Source: an uncultured Fibrobacterales bacterium
Lineage (GTDB): Bacteria; Fibrobacterota; Fibrobacteria; Fibrobacterales; CAWVXU01
NCBI GenBank assembly: GCA_963934255.1
Contig: CAWVXU010000003.1
Location: 4,209-68,208 of the forward strand
Length of the DNA stretch: 64,000 nucleotides
Reading direction: 5' to 3'
The notes under the pieces were generated by a model. It made no database searches, had not been told where the DNA came from, and worked only from the letters and a program-made list of their open reading frames with translations. This document shows positions 1 through 9,612 of the stretch, piece by piece (position 1 is the stretch's first letter; the number at the start of each line of letters is the position of its first letter). The translations under genes were made by a program, and so were the position numbers.

Positions 1-655
1 CTCCATTTATTGCATTGGTAACTGCTGCAAAAGTATTTCCACGAGTATCCCCTGTGGCTAGACCAGTGATTAATCTATGAGGTGAAGGTCTTGTCTCTGT
101 GTTGTCCATCCAATACCATATTGCCGTTTTAAAGGCCCAATCAGAGGTCGCCACAATTTCAGGGTTATTTAAAAGAGTCGAGGCACTTCCTGTGAGTTCT
201 TGGGAAGCTTTACCATAGTTATAATTCCATGACAATTGAATCGCCCCACGTCCATAATATATTTTACCCGCCGTAGATGGATAAATTCCACTTGGAGCCG
301 AATAGGCATTAGAGCAGTCATTTGCTTGACAATAGAGTTCTTTGGTATAACAATAACCCCCAGTGACTCCACCACCACCCGTTTCATGAGATGTTTGAGC
401 AAGAAACGCCGCAAGCTCTCGTTTTTGATCATCAACGCTTCCTTCATTGACAAAGTCAGGAAACCAAGATGCCGCAGAAATAAAATTAGCATAGGTATAA
501 GTGGTATTTGCGCCCGCTGCCAAACAATTATCAGTGGTTCTCATAGGAAATAATGCGTCAAACTCTGATTCACTTAAATGATCCTGCACAGTTGCATGTA
601 TCTTGGTATTGATGAATGTCATTATCATGATAATGGCAAATAAGGCGCGAATCAT
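1..655 (-). CDS. Glycoside hydrolase family 19 chitinase, N-terminal 218 codons. The gene runs off the window edge and is absent from the supplied ORF track.
   Basis: Manual reverse-strand translation from ATG (655-653) gives MIRALFAIIMIMTFINTKIHA (signal peptide), then ELAAFLAQTSHETGGGGVTGGYCYTKELYC and GKIYYGRGAIQLSWNYNYG. The frame stays open to position 2. These are GH19 catalytic-core motifs. Confidence 0.8.
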   Translation of the reverse strand, partial: MIRALFAIIMIMTFINTKIHATVQDHLSESEFDALFPMRTTDNCLAAGANTTYTYANFISAASWFPDFVNEGSVDDQKRELAAFLAQTSHETGGGGVTGGYCYTKELYCQANDCSNAYSAPSGIYPSTAGKIYYGRGAIQLSWNYNYGKASQELTGSASTLLNNPEIVATSDWAFKTAIWYWMDNTETRPSPHRLITGLATGDTRGNTFAAVTNAING

Positions 656-917
656 AAGAACTCTCAGTTGGGGATATTTGTCAGAGCTAAACTAGATTCT
701 GAAGTCCAAAAAACCAAGTGTAAGTGCGCCTTGAGTACGAAAACAGTGATCCACCAAACTAAAAAAACTAAAAGCATAGACTGATTGTCTCATTCCATTT
801 AAAAGGACCCAAATTAATTTTGCTCCCCCTTAAGGAGCAGAATTGAAGCACAATTTGAAGGTTTCACCAAATAAAATGGTATCTTATCTCTAGAGTAAGA
901 TTGACCTCTAAGAAAGA

Positions 918-1787
918 TTGAAAATGACTGCATTTCCCCTTATTTTCCATTATTCTGATTATCGTCTTTTCCTTAAGGACTATTTGAAGGCACTCAAGGA
1001 TGAGGATAAGAAGTATTCGCAAAGATATATCATCATGAAAATTGGTGAAAGCTCTGCGGGTTGGGTTTCTGATGTCATCGCCGGTCGCAAGAACATAAAC
1101 GAAACTCAGATGTTCAAGTTATGCCAAATACTTGATCTTGACCCCAGGTCAGAGATATTTTTTGAACTGCTGGTCAAATTCAGTCAAGCCGGTACTCACG
1201 AAGAAAGAACTCGTATTTATGATAAATTGAGAACCTTCCAAGAATGTCCTTCAGAAATCCTGGACGTAGACCGATTTGAGTATTTCAACAAGTGGTATCA
1301 CGCTGCTATTCGTGAATTACTTCTACTCAAAGATTTTCAAGGAAATTTTAAAACCCTAGCTGCTAGTCTTTGCCCGAGCATCAGTGAAGATGAAGCCAAA
1401 GACTCCATTGAACTGCTTGTCAAGCTCAATATGGTCTCCAAAAAAGTCGGCGGTAACTATACAGCTTCGACTCCACATGTCAGTAAAAAGAAAACATTCA
1501 ATTCACTTCACTATAGGAATTATTTACAGACGAATATTAATCTTGCCATGGAATCCATGGAACGATTTGACAATAATGTTCGTGATGTCTCAGCCATCAA
1601 TGCAGTTCTTACCGACGAGCAATTCGCTGAAATCAGAGAAGACATTAAGTCGGTTCGCAAAAAAATTATAAGATTATCAGAGTCCGCAACTGACGAGATT
1701 TTAAGAGAGAAACAAGAGTCCTACCACATCTATCAGGGTGTATTTGGACTTTTCCCTCTCACCAAACACGGAAGTGAGATGCCATGA
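918..1787 (+). CDS. TIGR02147 / DUF4423 family protein (putative HTH-containing regulator-like protein)
   Basis: N-terminus FHYSDYRLFLKDYLK, then GRKNI and WYHAAIREL. Clear paralog of ORF 40760-41617. The track start is TTG at 918; ATG at 924 is an equally plausible start. Confidence 0.75.
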   Translation: MKMTAFPLIFHYSDYRLFLKDYLKALKDEDKKYSQRYIIMKIGESSAGWVSDVIAGRKNINETQMFKLCQILDLDPRSEIFFELLVKFSQAGTHEERTRIYDKLRTFQECPSEILDVDRFEYFNKWYHAAIRELLLLKDFQGNFKTLAASLCPSISEDEAKDSIELLVKLNMVSKKVGGNYTASTPHVSKKKTFNSLHYRNYLQTNINLAMESMERFDNNVRDVSAINAVLTDEQFAEIREDIKSVRKKIIRLSESATDEILREKQESYHIYQGVFGLFPLTKHGSEMP

Positions 1788-2533
1788 AAAATTTATCCAA
1801 TCAAATGAAATGGATCACTTCGGGCTTATTTAGCATAAGTGTTTTTGTCGCATGTAGTGATGCAGGAGACGCCGTCACTAGTACTGAAGTTGAAAGCGAA
1901 TTTAGCATTGCAGGCGAAGTGATTCAATCGTCCACTCGTGGCCCTCTATCACTAAAGGTTCTTAACTCCAATTTAGATAGTATTGATGCTTTTAAAACAA
2001 ATTGGGAGGGTGAATTTAATCATCAAATTGTGAGTAATGATTTCGATCCAAAGACAGAAGTATTTATCCTTGAAGTCATCAATCGTGACCTCAGTATAAT
2101 TATTGAACCCACAAATTTTGACTCAAGTAAAAACAACATCATTTCTCCTTTCTCCCATTACTTGGTAGAAAAATCAACAGATCAAAATGAAACTCTAGTT
2201 GAATTAAATCTTGATTCTCTTCAAACCAAATTGTATTCAAGGATTTTCTCTGAGGATTTTGAGTATGTATTTTTAGTAAAATCAAATTATCACAATATCG
2301 TAGAAGCACTCGAAGAAGCCACCACCAGGACTGCCGCCGAATTAAATATTGACGTCTCAACTCTGCTCAATCAATCCAACTCCCTACTACTTAATTCAAC
2401 ATTCCAGAAGTACTTGGCTGAATACATAGCAGCTCATCCTGACAAGATTACACCTTATGATTTAAGGCGTCTTGATAATGATGGTGTTTGGGTGGATAAG
2501 GTCGTTGAGAAGCTCATCACCTTTCAGCTATAG
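1784..2533 (+). CDS. Predicted lipoprotein, unknown function
   Basis: Signal peptide with lipobox SVFVAC|SD. Its start overlaps the TIGR02147 stop by 4 nt (ATGA), suggesting translational coupling. Confidence 0.7.
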   Translation: MKNLSNQMKWITSGLFSISVFVACSDAGDAVTSTEVESEFSIAGEVIQSSTRGPLSLKVLNSNLDSIDAFKTNWEGEFNHQIVSNDFDPKTEVFILEVINRDLSIIIEPTNFDSSKNNIISPFSHYLVEKSTDQNETLVELNLDSLQTKLYSRIFSEDFEYVFLVKSNYHNIVEALEEATTRTAAELNIDVSTLLNQSNSLLLNSTFQKYLAEYIAAHPDKITPYDLRRLDNDGVWVDKVVEKLITFQL

Positions 2534-2580
2534 GGATGGTCACTAGATTGTTGTGATCGTTCGTTTATTTTTTAAAAAAA

Positions 2581-2610
2581 GGCAGCTGTTCAAATGAACA
2601 ACTGCCTTTT
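2581..2610. terminator. Rho-independent terminator hairpin, A-tract/T-tract flanked (bidirectional)
   Basis: aaaaaaa-GGCAGCTGTT-caaatg-AACAACTGCC-tttt lies between the convergent genes ending at 2533 (+) and 2852 (-). Confidence 0.6.
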
Positions 2611-2851
2611 AAGCAATGGCTATAATTCAATTTAAAATTCAGCATAAATACTTTAGGACCCCGGGATACCATAGCCAATTGACCTTTCATAAACACCTAA
2701 TGACTCTGACTGAATAGTTGTTGTCTTATTTAAATTCCTCTTATCCAAATTCACAATATCGGTGATTGCACTAGAAATAATGAGTGCGAAGCCAGGAGTA
2801 GATAGAATTTGTTCTCATAGATTTGTAAAGAGAGGTACTTAATCTCCTGTG

Positions 2852-3310
2852 TTAACCGAAATACTCAACTCGGCCAAGACGAACCTTCATATCTAATTCG
2901 TTAATTTCATCTAATTTATCAAAATAGAATCGTTCGGCGCTATCAATTTCTTTATCAGTTTTATCAGCATAAGCAGCCGTCCGTGTCTCAATTTGAAGCA
3001 TAATATCCTTAGTATCTTGGAGTACTTTAAAAAACCAAAGATCATAGGTTTCTTGGTCATGTAAGAACTTAACATAACTCAATTGCATATTTGAAAATGG
3101 AATTTCTTGTCCACTAGCTTCTAATAGTTCATACGCTTTTTCAAATTTGCCCAGACCAGCATAGAGTTCAGCCATTTCCAAAAAACCAATGTCTTCACTA
3201 TAAGATTCAGATGATATCTTATGAGCAATTTCCAAAGCAAGCTCAGTCGAACCTTCTTGAAAGTTTTCGATGGACTGTTGATATAATTCTTGGATATTTA
3301 GCTTAGACAT
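2852..3310 (-). CDS. Hypothetical protein, helical/TPR-like
   Basis: ORF track 2852-3334. ATG at 3310 is preferred because AGGAG lies 8 nt upstream. The helical repeat-like sequence LEMAELYAGLGKFEKAYELLE suggests a TPR-like fold. Confidence 0.5.
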   Translation of the reverse strand: MSKLNIQELYQQSIENFQEGSTELALEIAHKISSESYSEDIGFLEMAELYAGLGKFEKAYELLEASGQEIPFSNMQLSYVKFLHDQETYDLWFFKVLQDTKDIMLQIETRTAAYADKTDKEIDSAERFYFDKLDEINELDMKVRLGRVEYFG

Positions 3311-3458
3311 CAGTGAGGCTCCTATTTTGAACAAAGTTAAAAAAAGACCGAATTTATTGGTTCAATGGCCATATATTTCATTATCAAGATCAATTTTTAG
3401 TTGAAGAATCAGTATTTGAAAAAATTTAGGCCATTGCTTTTAATTCATTCACATCAAA

Positions 3459-3489
3459 GGGAGAAGCCATCGGGACTTCTCCCTTTTTT
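3459..3489 (+). terminator. Orphan intrinsic terminator-like hairpin upstream of ORF 3531
   Basis: GGGAGAAG-ccatcggga-CTTCTCCC followed by TTTTTT. No plus-strand ORF lies upstream of it. Confidence 0.5.
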
Positions 3490-3530
3490 AGCTATCTTTA
3501 AAGGAATAAAATTTAACGAAAAAGTATGCT

Positions 3531-4064
3531 ATGTCTCCAGATTTTGATAAAGATCTCGCTTTCACTAACATCAAAGCATTTTCAACCCTTGAGACCCAGG
3601 CGGTTTCATCTATTTTGACACTTGTTCAAATTGATGATCAGTCGGACGGTGAGACTCTTGAGTTACAAACTATTCTAGCTAAAGCTGCTATCACTTCATT
3701 GTACACTCAAGCATCACTACGTATCAAATTGATGGTAATTGCTGCTTTTCAACCAACTAAAAAGGTGACGGAATCCCTCACCAACGCCAAGGCAATTAAT
3801 TCATTTCTACTCAACCGTGGGCTTGATTTGACTTCACTGACCAAGTATGCTGCTTTTGATGAAGTGCGCTTGTTAAGTAATTCAGTTTCTCACAATGGTT
3901 ATGTTAAGACTCGTGACCCACTTTGTGAGGTGTATGGTTGGCATGTCGGTCAATTACCTGGTCACAAGATTATCAATAATTTCTCAAAATACGAACTTGC
4001 TTCTACTGAGCTTTGTGAAGAGATCAAATTAAGCTTAATCGCAACGCTTTCTAAGCTCAAGTAA
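3531..4064 (+). CDS. Hypothetical protein (177 aa), no recognisable family
   Basis: Clean ORF, 3 nt upstream of the MazG-like gene. No motifs recognised. Confidence 0.55.
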   Translation: MSPDFDKDLAFTNIKAFSTLETQAVSSILTLVQIDDQSDGETLELQTILAKAAITSLYTQASLRIKLMVIAAFQPTKKVTESLTNAKAINSFLLNRGLDLTSLTKYAAFDEVRLLSNSVSHNGYVKTRDPLCEVYGWHVGQLPGHKIINNFSKYELASTELCEEIKLSLIATLSKLK

Positions 4065-4067
4065 TTC

Positions 4068-4406
4068 ATGGATGCTTTTGAAGAAATAACCAACAAATTA
4101 CTTCAATTTCGCGACGAGCGAGATTGGGAACAGTTTCACGATTCCAAAAATTTAGCCAGTGCCATCTCGATTGAGGCTGCTGAATTACAAGAATTGTTTT
4201 TATGGAAATCTTCAGAAGAATCACAACAAGTTGACACTCAGCGAGTCAGCGAGGAAATTTCCGATGTTCTTGCATACACTTTCCTACTAGCTGAATCGTT
4301 TCAAATTGATATTAAAAAGGCAGTGCTTGACAAGATAGAAGCCAATGCTTTAAAATATCCAATATCAAAATCTAAAGGCATTGCCACAAAGTATGATCAA
4401 TTATGA
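4068..4406 (+). CDS. MazG-like nucleotide pyrophosphohydrolase (DCTPP1/RS21-C6-like all-alpha NTP-PPase)
   Basis: FRDERDWEQFHDSKNLASAISIEAAELQELFLWK and EEISDVLAY match the short MazG-type EExxE / ExxD metal-binding helices. The size (112 aa) is typical. Confidence 0.8.
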   Translation: MDAFEEITNKLLQFRDERDWEQFHDSKNLASAISIEAAELQELFLWKSSEESQQVDTQRVSEEISDVLAYTFLLAESFQIDIKKAVLDKIEANALKYPISKSKGIATKYDQL

Positions 4407-5500
4407 GTGACTATAAAGAAGACCAACCCGATCAAGATTCTCGCCCCTATCACAAATCTCGCCCAGACCGAGATAAGGATAAGCCGGTCTATTCGGATTC
4501 CGAACGTGGGCCCAAAAAGTACATCAATCCGAATGTCAGATTTAAGCTTTCAAACAAATCTCAAAAGCCTAAGGCTAAAGAACTTGGTGACAAAACAATG
4601 TTACACCCAAGAAGCCAACACCGAGGCTCTTATGATTTTAAAGTCTTAGGGGAGACAGTTCCGGCTTTAAAATCTTTTGTGGCACCGAATAAATACAAAG
4701 TTGACTCGATTGATTTCTCCAATCCGCAAGCTGTAAAGCTACTCAACCAAGCACTTCTTCAACATCATTATCTTGTCAAAGATTGGAAAGTTCCTGCTGG
4801 AGCTCTTTGTCCTCCAATCCCTGGTCGTGCAGATTATATTCACCATTTGGCAGACTTAATTGATTATACCCGCATGGATATCAAAGGGATTGATATTGGT
4901 ATAGGCTTTAACTGTATATACCCGCTTATCGGATCTGCAGAATATGATTGGAAATTCGTAGGCTCTGAGATTAATCCTGAAGCAATGGCATCTGCTCAAA
5001 ACATCTTAGATTCAAATCCTCAATTTAAAGACAAAATTGAATTACGTCATCAAACCGACCCCAATTGTATGCTAAAAGGTATCATCCAGCCAGGTGAAAA
5101 ATACGACTTTGTGATGTGTAACCCTCCTTTTCACTCTTCTGCAGAAGAAGCGCGCAAAGGTAGTCAACGTAAAGTTCGCAACCTAAAGGTCAACAAAAAT
5201 AAAAACAACAAAAAACCATGGGAAAACGTATCAAAGAAAGATGCTCCTCCTACCCTTAACTTTGGCGGTATGGAACACGAACTTTGGTGTGAAGGGGGTG
5301 AACGAAAATTCATCCAATCAATGGTCTTTGAATCCAAAGAATTCGCTCAACAAGTTGAATGGTTTACTGCCCTTGTATCTAAAGAAGAAAGCATACCACC
5401 CATCTATGCTTATCTTAGAAAGGCTGGCGTCAAATACGCCCGTACAATCGACATGGGTCAAGGAAATAAAAAAACTCGTTTCGTTGCATGGAAATTCTAA
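4403..5500 (+). CDS. rlmF: 23S rRNA (adenine1618-N6)-methyltransferase RlmF with an about 65-aa basic low-complexity N-terminal extension
   Basis: Near-colinear with E. coli RlmF/YbiN: HPRSQHRGSYDF, LCPPIPGRADYIHHLADL, NCIYPLIG, CNPPFH, LNFGG..ELWCEGGE, RFVAWKF. ATGA overlap with the MazG-like gene. An alternative internal start is ATG at 4598 (MLHPRSQH). Confidence 0.85.
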   Translation: MSDYKEDQPDQDSRPYHKSRPDRDKDKPVYSDSERGPKKYINPNVRFKLSNKSQKPKAKELGDKTMLHPRSQHRGSYDFKVLGETVPALKSFVAPNKYKVDSIDFSNPQAVKLLNQALLQHHYLVKDWKVPAGALCPPIPGRADYIHHLADLIDYTRMDIKGIDIGIGFNCIYPLIGSAEYDWKFVGSEINPEAMASAQNILDSNPQFKDKIELRHQTDPNCMLKGIIQPGEKYDFVMCNPPFHSSAEEARKGSQRKVRNLKVNKNKNNKKPWENVSKKDAPPTLNFGGMEHELWCEGGERKFIQSMVFESKEFAQQVEWFTALVSKEESIPPIYAYLRKAGVKYARTIDMGQGNKKTRFVAWKF

Positions 5501-5514
5501 TTCAAGGATATTAG

Positions 5515-6123
5515 ATGAATATCGTTTTTTGTCATGGTAAAGAGGGCAAACCAACTGGAATCAAGTACCAGTGGATTCAAGAAGTTGTACAGCAATATTT
5601 GGATCAAGGTTTTGAACTTAAACTCCATGAGCCCATTGATTATAGAGACCTAGAAGATCCAGATGCGCGAGTGAATCGACTTCTGGCAAGTGACCAAATT
5701 TCAAAGGACACTATTCTTATTGGGTCGAGTATGGGTGGGTATGTCTGTGCAGTATCTGCGTCTATCAAAAATATATCCGGCTTACTTTTATTAGCTCCAG
5801 CACTATATATGAATCAGATAGCTATTGGAGCCCTTAGCATTAAACATAAACCAGGTGGAATAAATTTCCCGTCAGTAGATGCTAATAAATTAAAATCATT
5901 AGAATCATACACTGTGTCAACATACAAACCAAATTGTCCAAGTTCAACTATCCGAATCATCCATGGAAATCAAGATACTATTGTACCCATCGAAGGCTCA
6001 CTCAAATACTCAACTCTGTATGATACCGTTTTGAAAGTCGTTCCTGACAACCATGGTTTACAAAACTCTAAAGACATTTTTCAACTTGATTTGAAAGCAA
6101 TTATTAACGCCAATATTGAATAA
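5515..6123 (+). CDS. Alpha/beta hydrolase, YqiA/UPF0227-like esterase
   Basis: Nucleophile elbow GSSMGG, N-terminal IVFCHG, about 200 aa. Confidence 0.6.
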   Translation: MNIVFCHGKEGKPTGIKYQWIQEVVQQYLDQGFELKLHEPIDYRDLEDPDARVNRLLASDQISKDTILIGSSMGGYVCAVSASIKNISGLLLLAPALYMNQIAIGALSIKHKPGGINFPSVDANKLKSLESYTVSTYKPNCPSSTIRIIHGNQDTIVPIEGSLKYSTLYDTVLKVVPDNHGLQNSKDIFQLDLKAIINANIE

Positions 6124-6160
6124 AAAAAGTTGCGAAATTGATGAGTCAAAAACTAGGTAT

Positions 6161-6197
6161 AAAAAAAGCCACTCAATATTAAACTGAGTGGCTTTTC
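6161..6197. terminator. Bidirectional rho-independent terminator
   Basis: aaaaaa-AGCCACTCA-atattaaac-TGAGTGGCT-ttt lies between the convergent hydrolase (+) and mdh (-). Confidence 0.65.
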
Positions 6198-6237
6198 AAC
6201 TTCATAGAAGATTGTTTAACAAATTGATTGGCTTAAA

Positions 6238-7185
6238 CTAAGCGTTAGCAATTTTGTTATCAACCCAAGCAACAAGTTCTTTAACAGCATCTACAGATAC
6301 GTCAAAACCTTTGCGCTCATCAGCAGTCATTGTTACTTCAAGAACACGCTCAGCGCCATTCTCACCAATCACACAAGGAACACCACAGTAAAGACCAGCA
6401 TCAACACCGTATTCACCGTTAAGTTGAACAGCTGCTGTGACGACAGACTTTTTGTCTTGGATGTATGCTTCAGCCATATGAACAGCAGAAAGACCTGGAG
6501 AATAGAATGCAGAACCTGTTTTGAGAAGTGCAACAATCTCGCCACCAGCCTTTGCAGTGCGTGCAGCAAGCTCGTCGAATTTTGCTTTTGTCATAAGATC
6601 AGAAAGAGGAACGCCATTTACAGAACAGCCACCATAGATGCCTACCATTGTATCGCCGTGGCCACCAAGAACTAGTGCATGTACATCTTCAGCAGAAACA
6701 TTGAGCTCATCAGCGATGAAACAAGCAAGACGTGAAGAATCAAGAACACCAGCCATACCGATTACTTTGTTAGCAGCAAAACCAGTTACTTTTTGCATAG
6801 CATAGACCATTGCATCAAGAGGGTTAGTCACAACAATCACAAGTGCCTCAGGTGCGTTTGCTTTAATCGCTTCGCCTACTGATTTGATAATACCAAAATT
6901 AACATCAAGTAAATCATCACGAGACATACCCGGTTTGCGAGGAAGACCAGCTGTTACGATAACAACGTCTGAACCAGCAAGGTCAGCATAGTCGTTTGTT
7001 CCAGAAAGGTTTGAAGATGTAGGGATTACAGAACGGCCTTCTTGAATATCAAGCGCTTTCCCTTGTGGCATGCCTTCAGCAATGTCTATAAGTAATACGT
7101 CTGCAAGATTTTTTTGTGCAATGACAAGAGCCATTGTTCCACCGATTTGTCCGGCTCCAACTAGTGCGATTTTTTTTCTAGCCAT
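6238..7185 (-). CDS. mdh: Malate dehydrogenase (LDH-like, type 3)
   Basis: [49 protein letters not shown]; 315 aa. Confidence 0.95.
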   Translation of the reverse strand: MARKKIALVGAGQIGGTMALVIAQKNLADVLLIDIAEGMPQGKALDIQEGRSVIPTSSNLSGTNDYADLAGSDVVIVTAGLPRKPGMSRDDLLDVNFGIIKSVGEAIKANAPEALVIVVTNPLDAMVYAMQKVTGFAANKVIGMAGVLDSSRLACFIADELNVSAEDVHALVLGGHGDTMVGIYGGCSVNGVPLSDLMTKAKFDELAARTAKAGGEIVALLKTGSAFYSPGLSAVHMAEAYIQDKKSVVTAAVQLNGEYGVDAGLYCGVPCVIGENGAERVLEVTMTADERKGFDVSVDAVKELVAWVDNKIANA

Positions 7186-7299
7186 GATAATACTCCGATT
7201 ATGTGTTAAAAACAGATTGGGAAGATTCCCATTTTGGGTAACTGACTGTCACCTTCATTTTGTATAAAATTCATTTAAAAAACAACGCTTTCAAAATGA

Positions 7300-7328
7300 G
7301 AAAAATAAAGGGCTCTTCAAAAGAACCC
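7300..7328 (-). terminator. Rho-independent terminator after sucD
   Basis: On the minus strand, GGGUUCU-uuuga-AGAGCCC is followed by UUUAUUUUU. Confidence 0.6.
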
Positions 7329-7338
7329 TTTAAAAGAT

Positions 7339-8223
7339 TTAAGCAAGTCCGGCAGCTTTCATCGCTTCCATCATCTTGTCACCAATGTCTGCTGCAGTTT
7401 TAGCAACATAGCAACCAGCATCTTCAAGTGCTTCCATTTTAGACTCTGCAGTTCCTGCATTACCTTCAATGATTGCACCAGCATGTCCCATACGTTTACC
7501 TTTTGGAGCTGTTTGACCAGCGATAAATGCAGCAACAGGCTTTTTCACGTGAGCTTTGATGTACTCAGCAGCAAGCTCTTCACCTGAACCACCGATTTCA
7601 CCGATAAGAACGATGCCTTCTGTTTCTGGATCTTCGTTGAACATTTTAACGATGTCAATGTGATCTAGACCATGGATAGGATCTCCACCGATACCCACTG
7701 CAGTTGTTTGACCAAGGCCATTTGCTGTAGTTTGGTTGACTGCTTCGTATGTAAGAGTCCCTGAACGAGAAACCACACCGATACGGCCTTTTGAGTGAAT
7801 AGCACCAGGCGCGATACCAATTTTAGAAACACCAGAAGTTACGAGCCCTGGACAGTTTGGTCCAAGTAGTATCGAGTTGTATTTCTCAAGAGTTTTTTTC
7901 ACTTTAGCCATGTCCATAACAGGGATGCCTTCAGTGATTGCAACGATAAGTTCGATGCCAGCTTCTGCAGCTTCGATGATTGCAGCACCCGCAAATGGAG
8001 GTGGTACAAAAATCATAGTCGCGTTTGCGCCTGTTTTATCAATTGCTTCTTTTACTGATCCAAAAACTGGGAAACCATCTACTTCGGTTCCTGCTTTTTT
8101 AGGATTAACACCACCAACAACATTTGTACCATAAGCACGACACTGTTGAGAGTGAAAAAGACCAGCTTTACCCGTAATACCTTGGGTAATTAATTTTGTA
8201 TTTTCGTTGATTAAAATAGCCAT
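7339..8223 (-). CDS. sucD: Succinyl-CoA synthetase subunit alpha
   Basis: [25 protein letters not shown], and the phosphohistidine loop MGHAGAI. Confidence 0.95.
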   Translation of the reverse strand: MAILINENTKLITQGITGKAGLFHSQQCRAYGTNVVGGVNPKKAGTEVDGFPVFGSVKEAIDKTGANATMIFVPPPFAGAAIIEAAEAGIELIVAITEGIPVMDMAKVKKTLEKYNSILLGPNCPGLVTSGVSKIGIAPGAIHSKGRIGVVSRSGTLTYEAVNQTTANGLGQTTAVGIGGDPIHGLDHIDIVKMFNEDPETEGIVLIGEIGGSGEELAAEYIKAHVKKPVAAFIAGQTAPKGKRMGHAGAIIEGNAGTAESKMEALEDAGCYVAKTAADIGDKMMEAMKAAGLA

Positions 8224-8235
8224 TGTCTTAATTCC

Positions 8236-9393
8236 CTATTTGATTGTTGCAGCAACTTTAGTTGCGCCGTCAGCCATTGTAGTAGCAGAAATGATGTTCA
8301 AGCCACAATTGTTAATGATTTCTTGTCCTTCTTTGACGTTAGTACCTTCAAGGCGTACTACAAGAGGAACGTTTAAGCCAACTTTTTTGACCGCAGCTAC
8401 AACACCATTTGCGATGATGTCACATTTCATGATTCCACCAAAGATGTTCACAAGAATGGCTTCGACTTTTTTGTCAGAAGTGATCAATTCAAATGCTTTT
8501 GCTACTGCTTCTTCAGTTGCAGAACCACCAACATCTAGGAAGTTTGCAGGCTCTTGCCCAACTTCTTTAATGATGTCCATAGTGGCCATTGCAAGGCCAG
8601 CACCATTTACCATACAACCAATGTTACCATCGAGTTGGATGTAAGACATGCCCCATTTAGTTGCTTCAATTTCAGCAGCATTCAGGCCCGATTCAGGATC
8701 TCCACCCGTTTCCATTTGACGGAAATTAGCGTTGTCATCAATGTCGTATTTACAATCAAGGATTGCAAGATCTCCTTCTTCAGTCACAACAAGTGGGTTG
8801 ATTTCAAGAAGATTACAATCACCATCAACAAAGACGTTAAAAAGTTTTACGATAACATCAGCATAATCAGTTGCTTGCTTGCCAGTAAGACCTAAAAAAG
8901 CAGCGCCTTCTGCAGCAAGCTCAGCTGAGACACCAGTATCAATTGGTGGATATTGTTTTAAGATTTTTTCAGGAGTTGCTTCTGCAACTTCTTCGATTTC
9001 CATACCACCCTCTTGTGAGATCATCACAACAGGTGCACCTAGTGCACGGTCAATTGTTACTGCAACATAAAGTTCAGTAGCAATGTTTGAAGGAGCTTCT
9101 AAAAGAGCTGCTTCTACTAAGATACCTTCTTCACCAGTTTGTTTGGTCACAAGGTTCATTCCAATGATTTGCTCAGAAAGAGTTCTAGCTTCTTCAACAG
9201 ATTTGAAGAACTTGACTCCGCCAGCTTTACCGCGACCACCTGTGTGGGCTTGTGCTTTGACAAGACCAGTAGTCATGCCAATTTTAGCAAGTGCAGCTTC
9301 TACTTCGCCTGCAGTTTTCACCATAATGCTTGGAGGTACTGGAAGTCCAGCAGCTTTAAGCACAGCTTTTGATTGATATTCGTGTAATTTCAT
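8236..9393 (-). CDS. sucC: Succinyl-CoA synthetase subunit beta
   Basis: MKLHEYQSK, GGRGKAGGVKF, NGAGLAMATMD, NIFGGI. Lies 12 nt upstream of sucD. Confidence 0.95.
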   Translation of the reverse strand: MKLHEYQSKAVLKAAGLPVPPSIMVKTAGEVEAALAKIGMTTGLVKAQAHTGGRGKAGGVKFFKSVEEARTLSEQIIGMNLVTKQTGEEGILVEAALLEAPSNIATELYVAVTIDRALGAPVVMISQEGGMEIEEVAEATPEKILKQYPPIDTGVSAELAAEGAAFLGLTGKQATDYADVIVKLFNVFVDGDCNLLEINPLVVTEEGDLAILDCKYDIDDNANFRQMETGGDPESGLNAAEIEATKWGMSYIQLDGNIGCMVNGAGLAMATMDIIKEVGQEPANFLDVGGSATEEAVAKAFELITSDKKVEAILVNIFGGIMKCDIIANGVVAAVKKVGLNVPLVVRLEGTNVKEGQEIINNCGLNIISATTMADGATKVAATIK

Positions 9394-9612
9394 AGTTTTC
9401 CCAGAGTGTGAGGTGAAATAAAATTTTCAGTTAAAATAGCTAAAATAGTGGCATTCGCAAGTACAAAAGGCTTTCGAGCAAATTAAGTCAAAAACTAAAT
9501 ACTAGGAAACCCAATAATATCTCTTTTCATCAATCAAATCACTCACATTTGGAGATAAGAGGGCTTGTTTGACCTCTTTAAGTGGAGATGTCGAGGTATT
9601 GGATGGTGATGT

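Noticed and set aside
3367-3402. An 11-codon mini-ORF (MAIYFIIKINF) in the leader region, considered as a possible leader peptide.
   Set aside because: There is no SD, and its composition simply reflects AT-rich DNA. It is kept only as context for the orphan-terminator finding.
3531-4064. A possible HEPN-type Rx4-6H motif (VRLLSNSVSH) in the 177-aa protein next to MazG, considered as a toxin or defence gene.
   Set aside because: The spacing is R-x7-H, outside the canonical range, and there is no other HEPN-like feature. The evidence is too weak to call.
8207-9376. Several plus-strand ORFs (145, 113, 63, 97 and 77 aa) opposite sucC and sucD.
   Set aside because: These are antisense shadows of two unambiguous, highly conserved genes. 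The products are low-complexity and Ser/Thr/Ala/Pro-rich.
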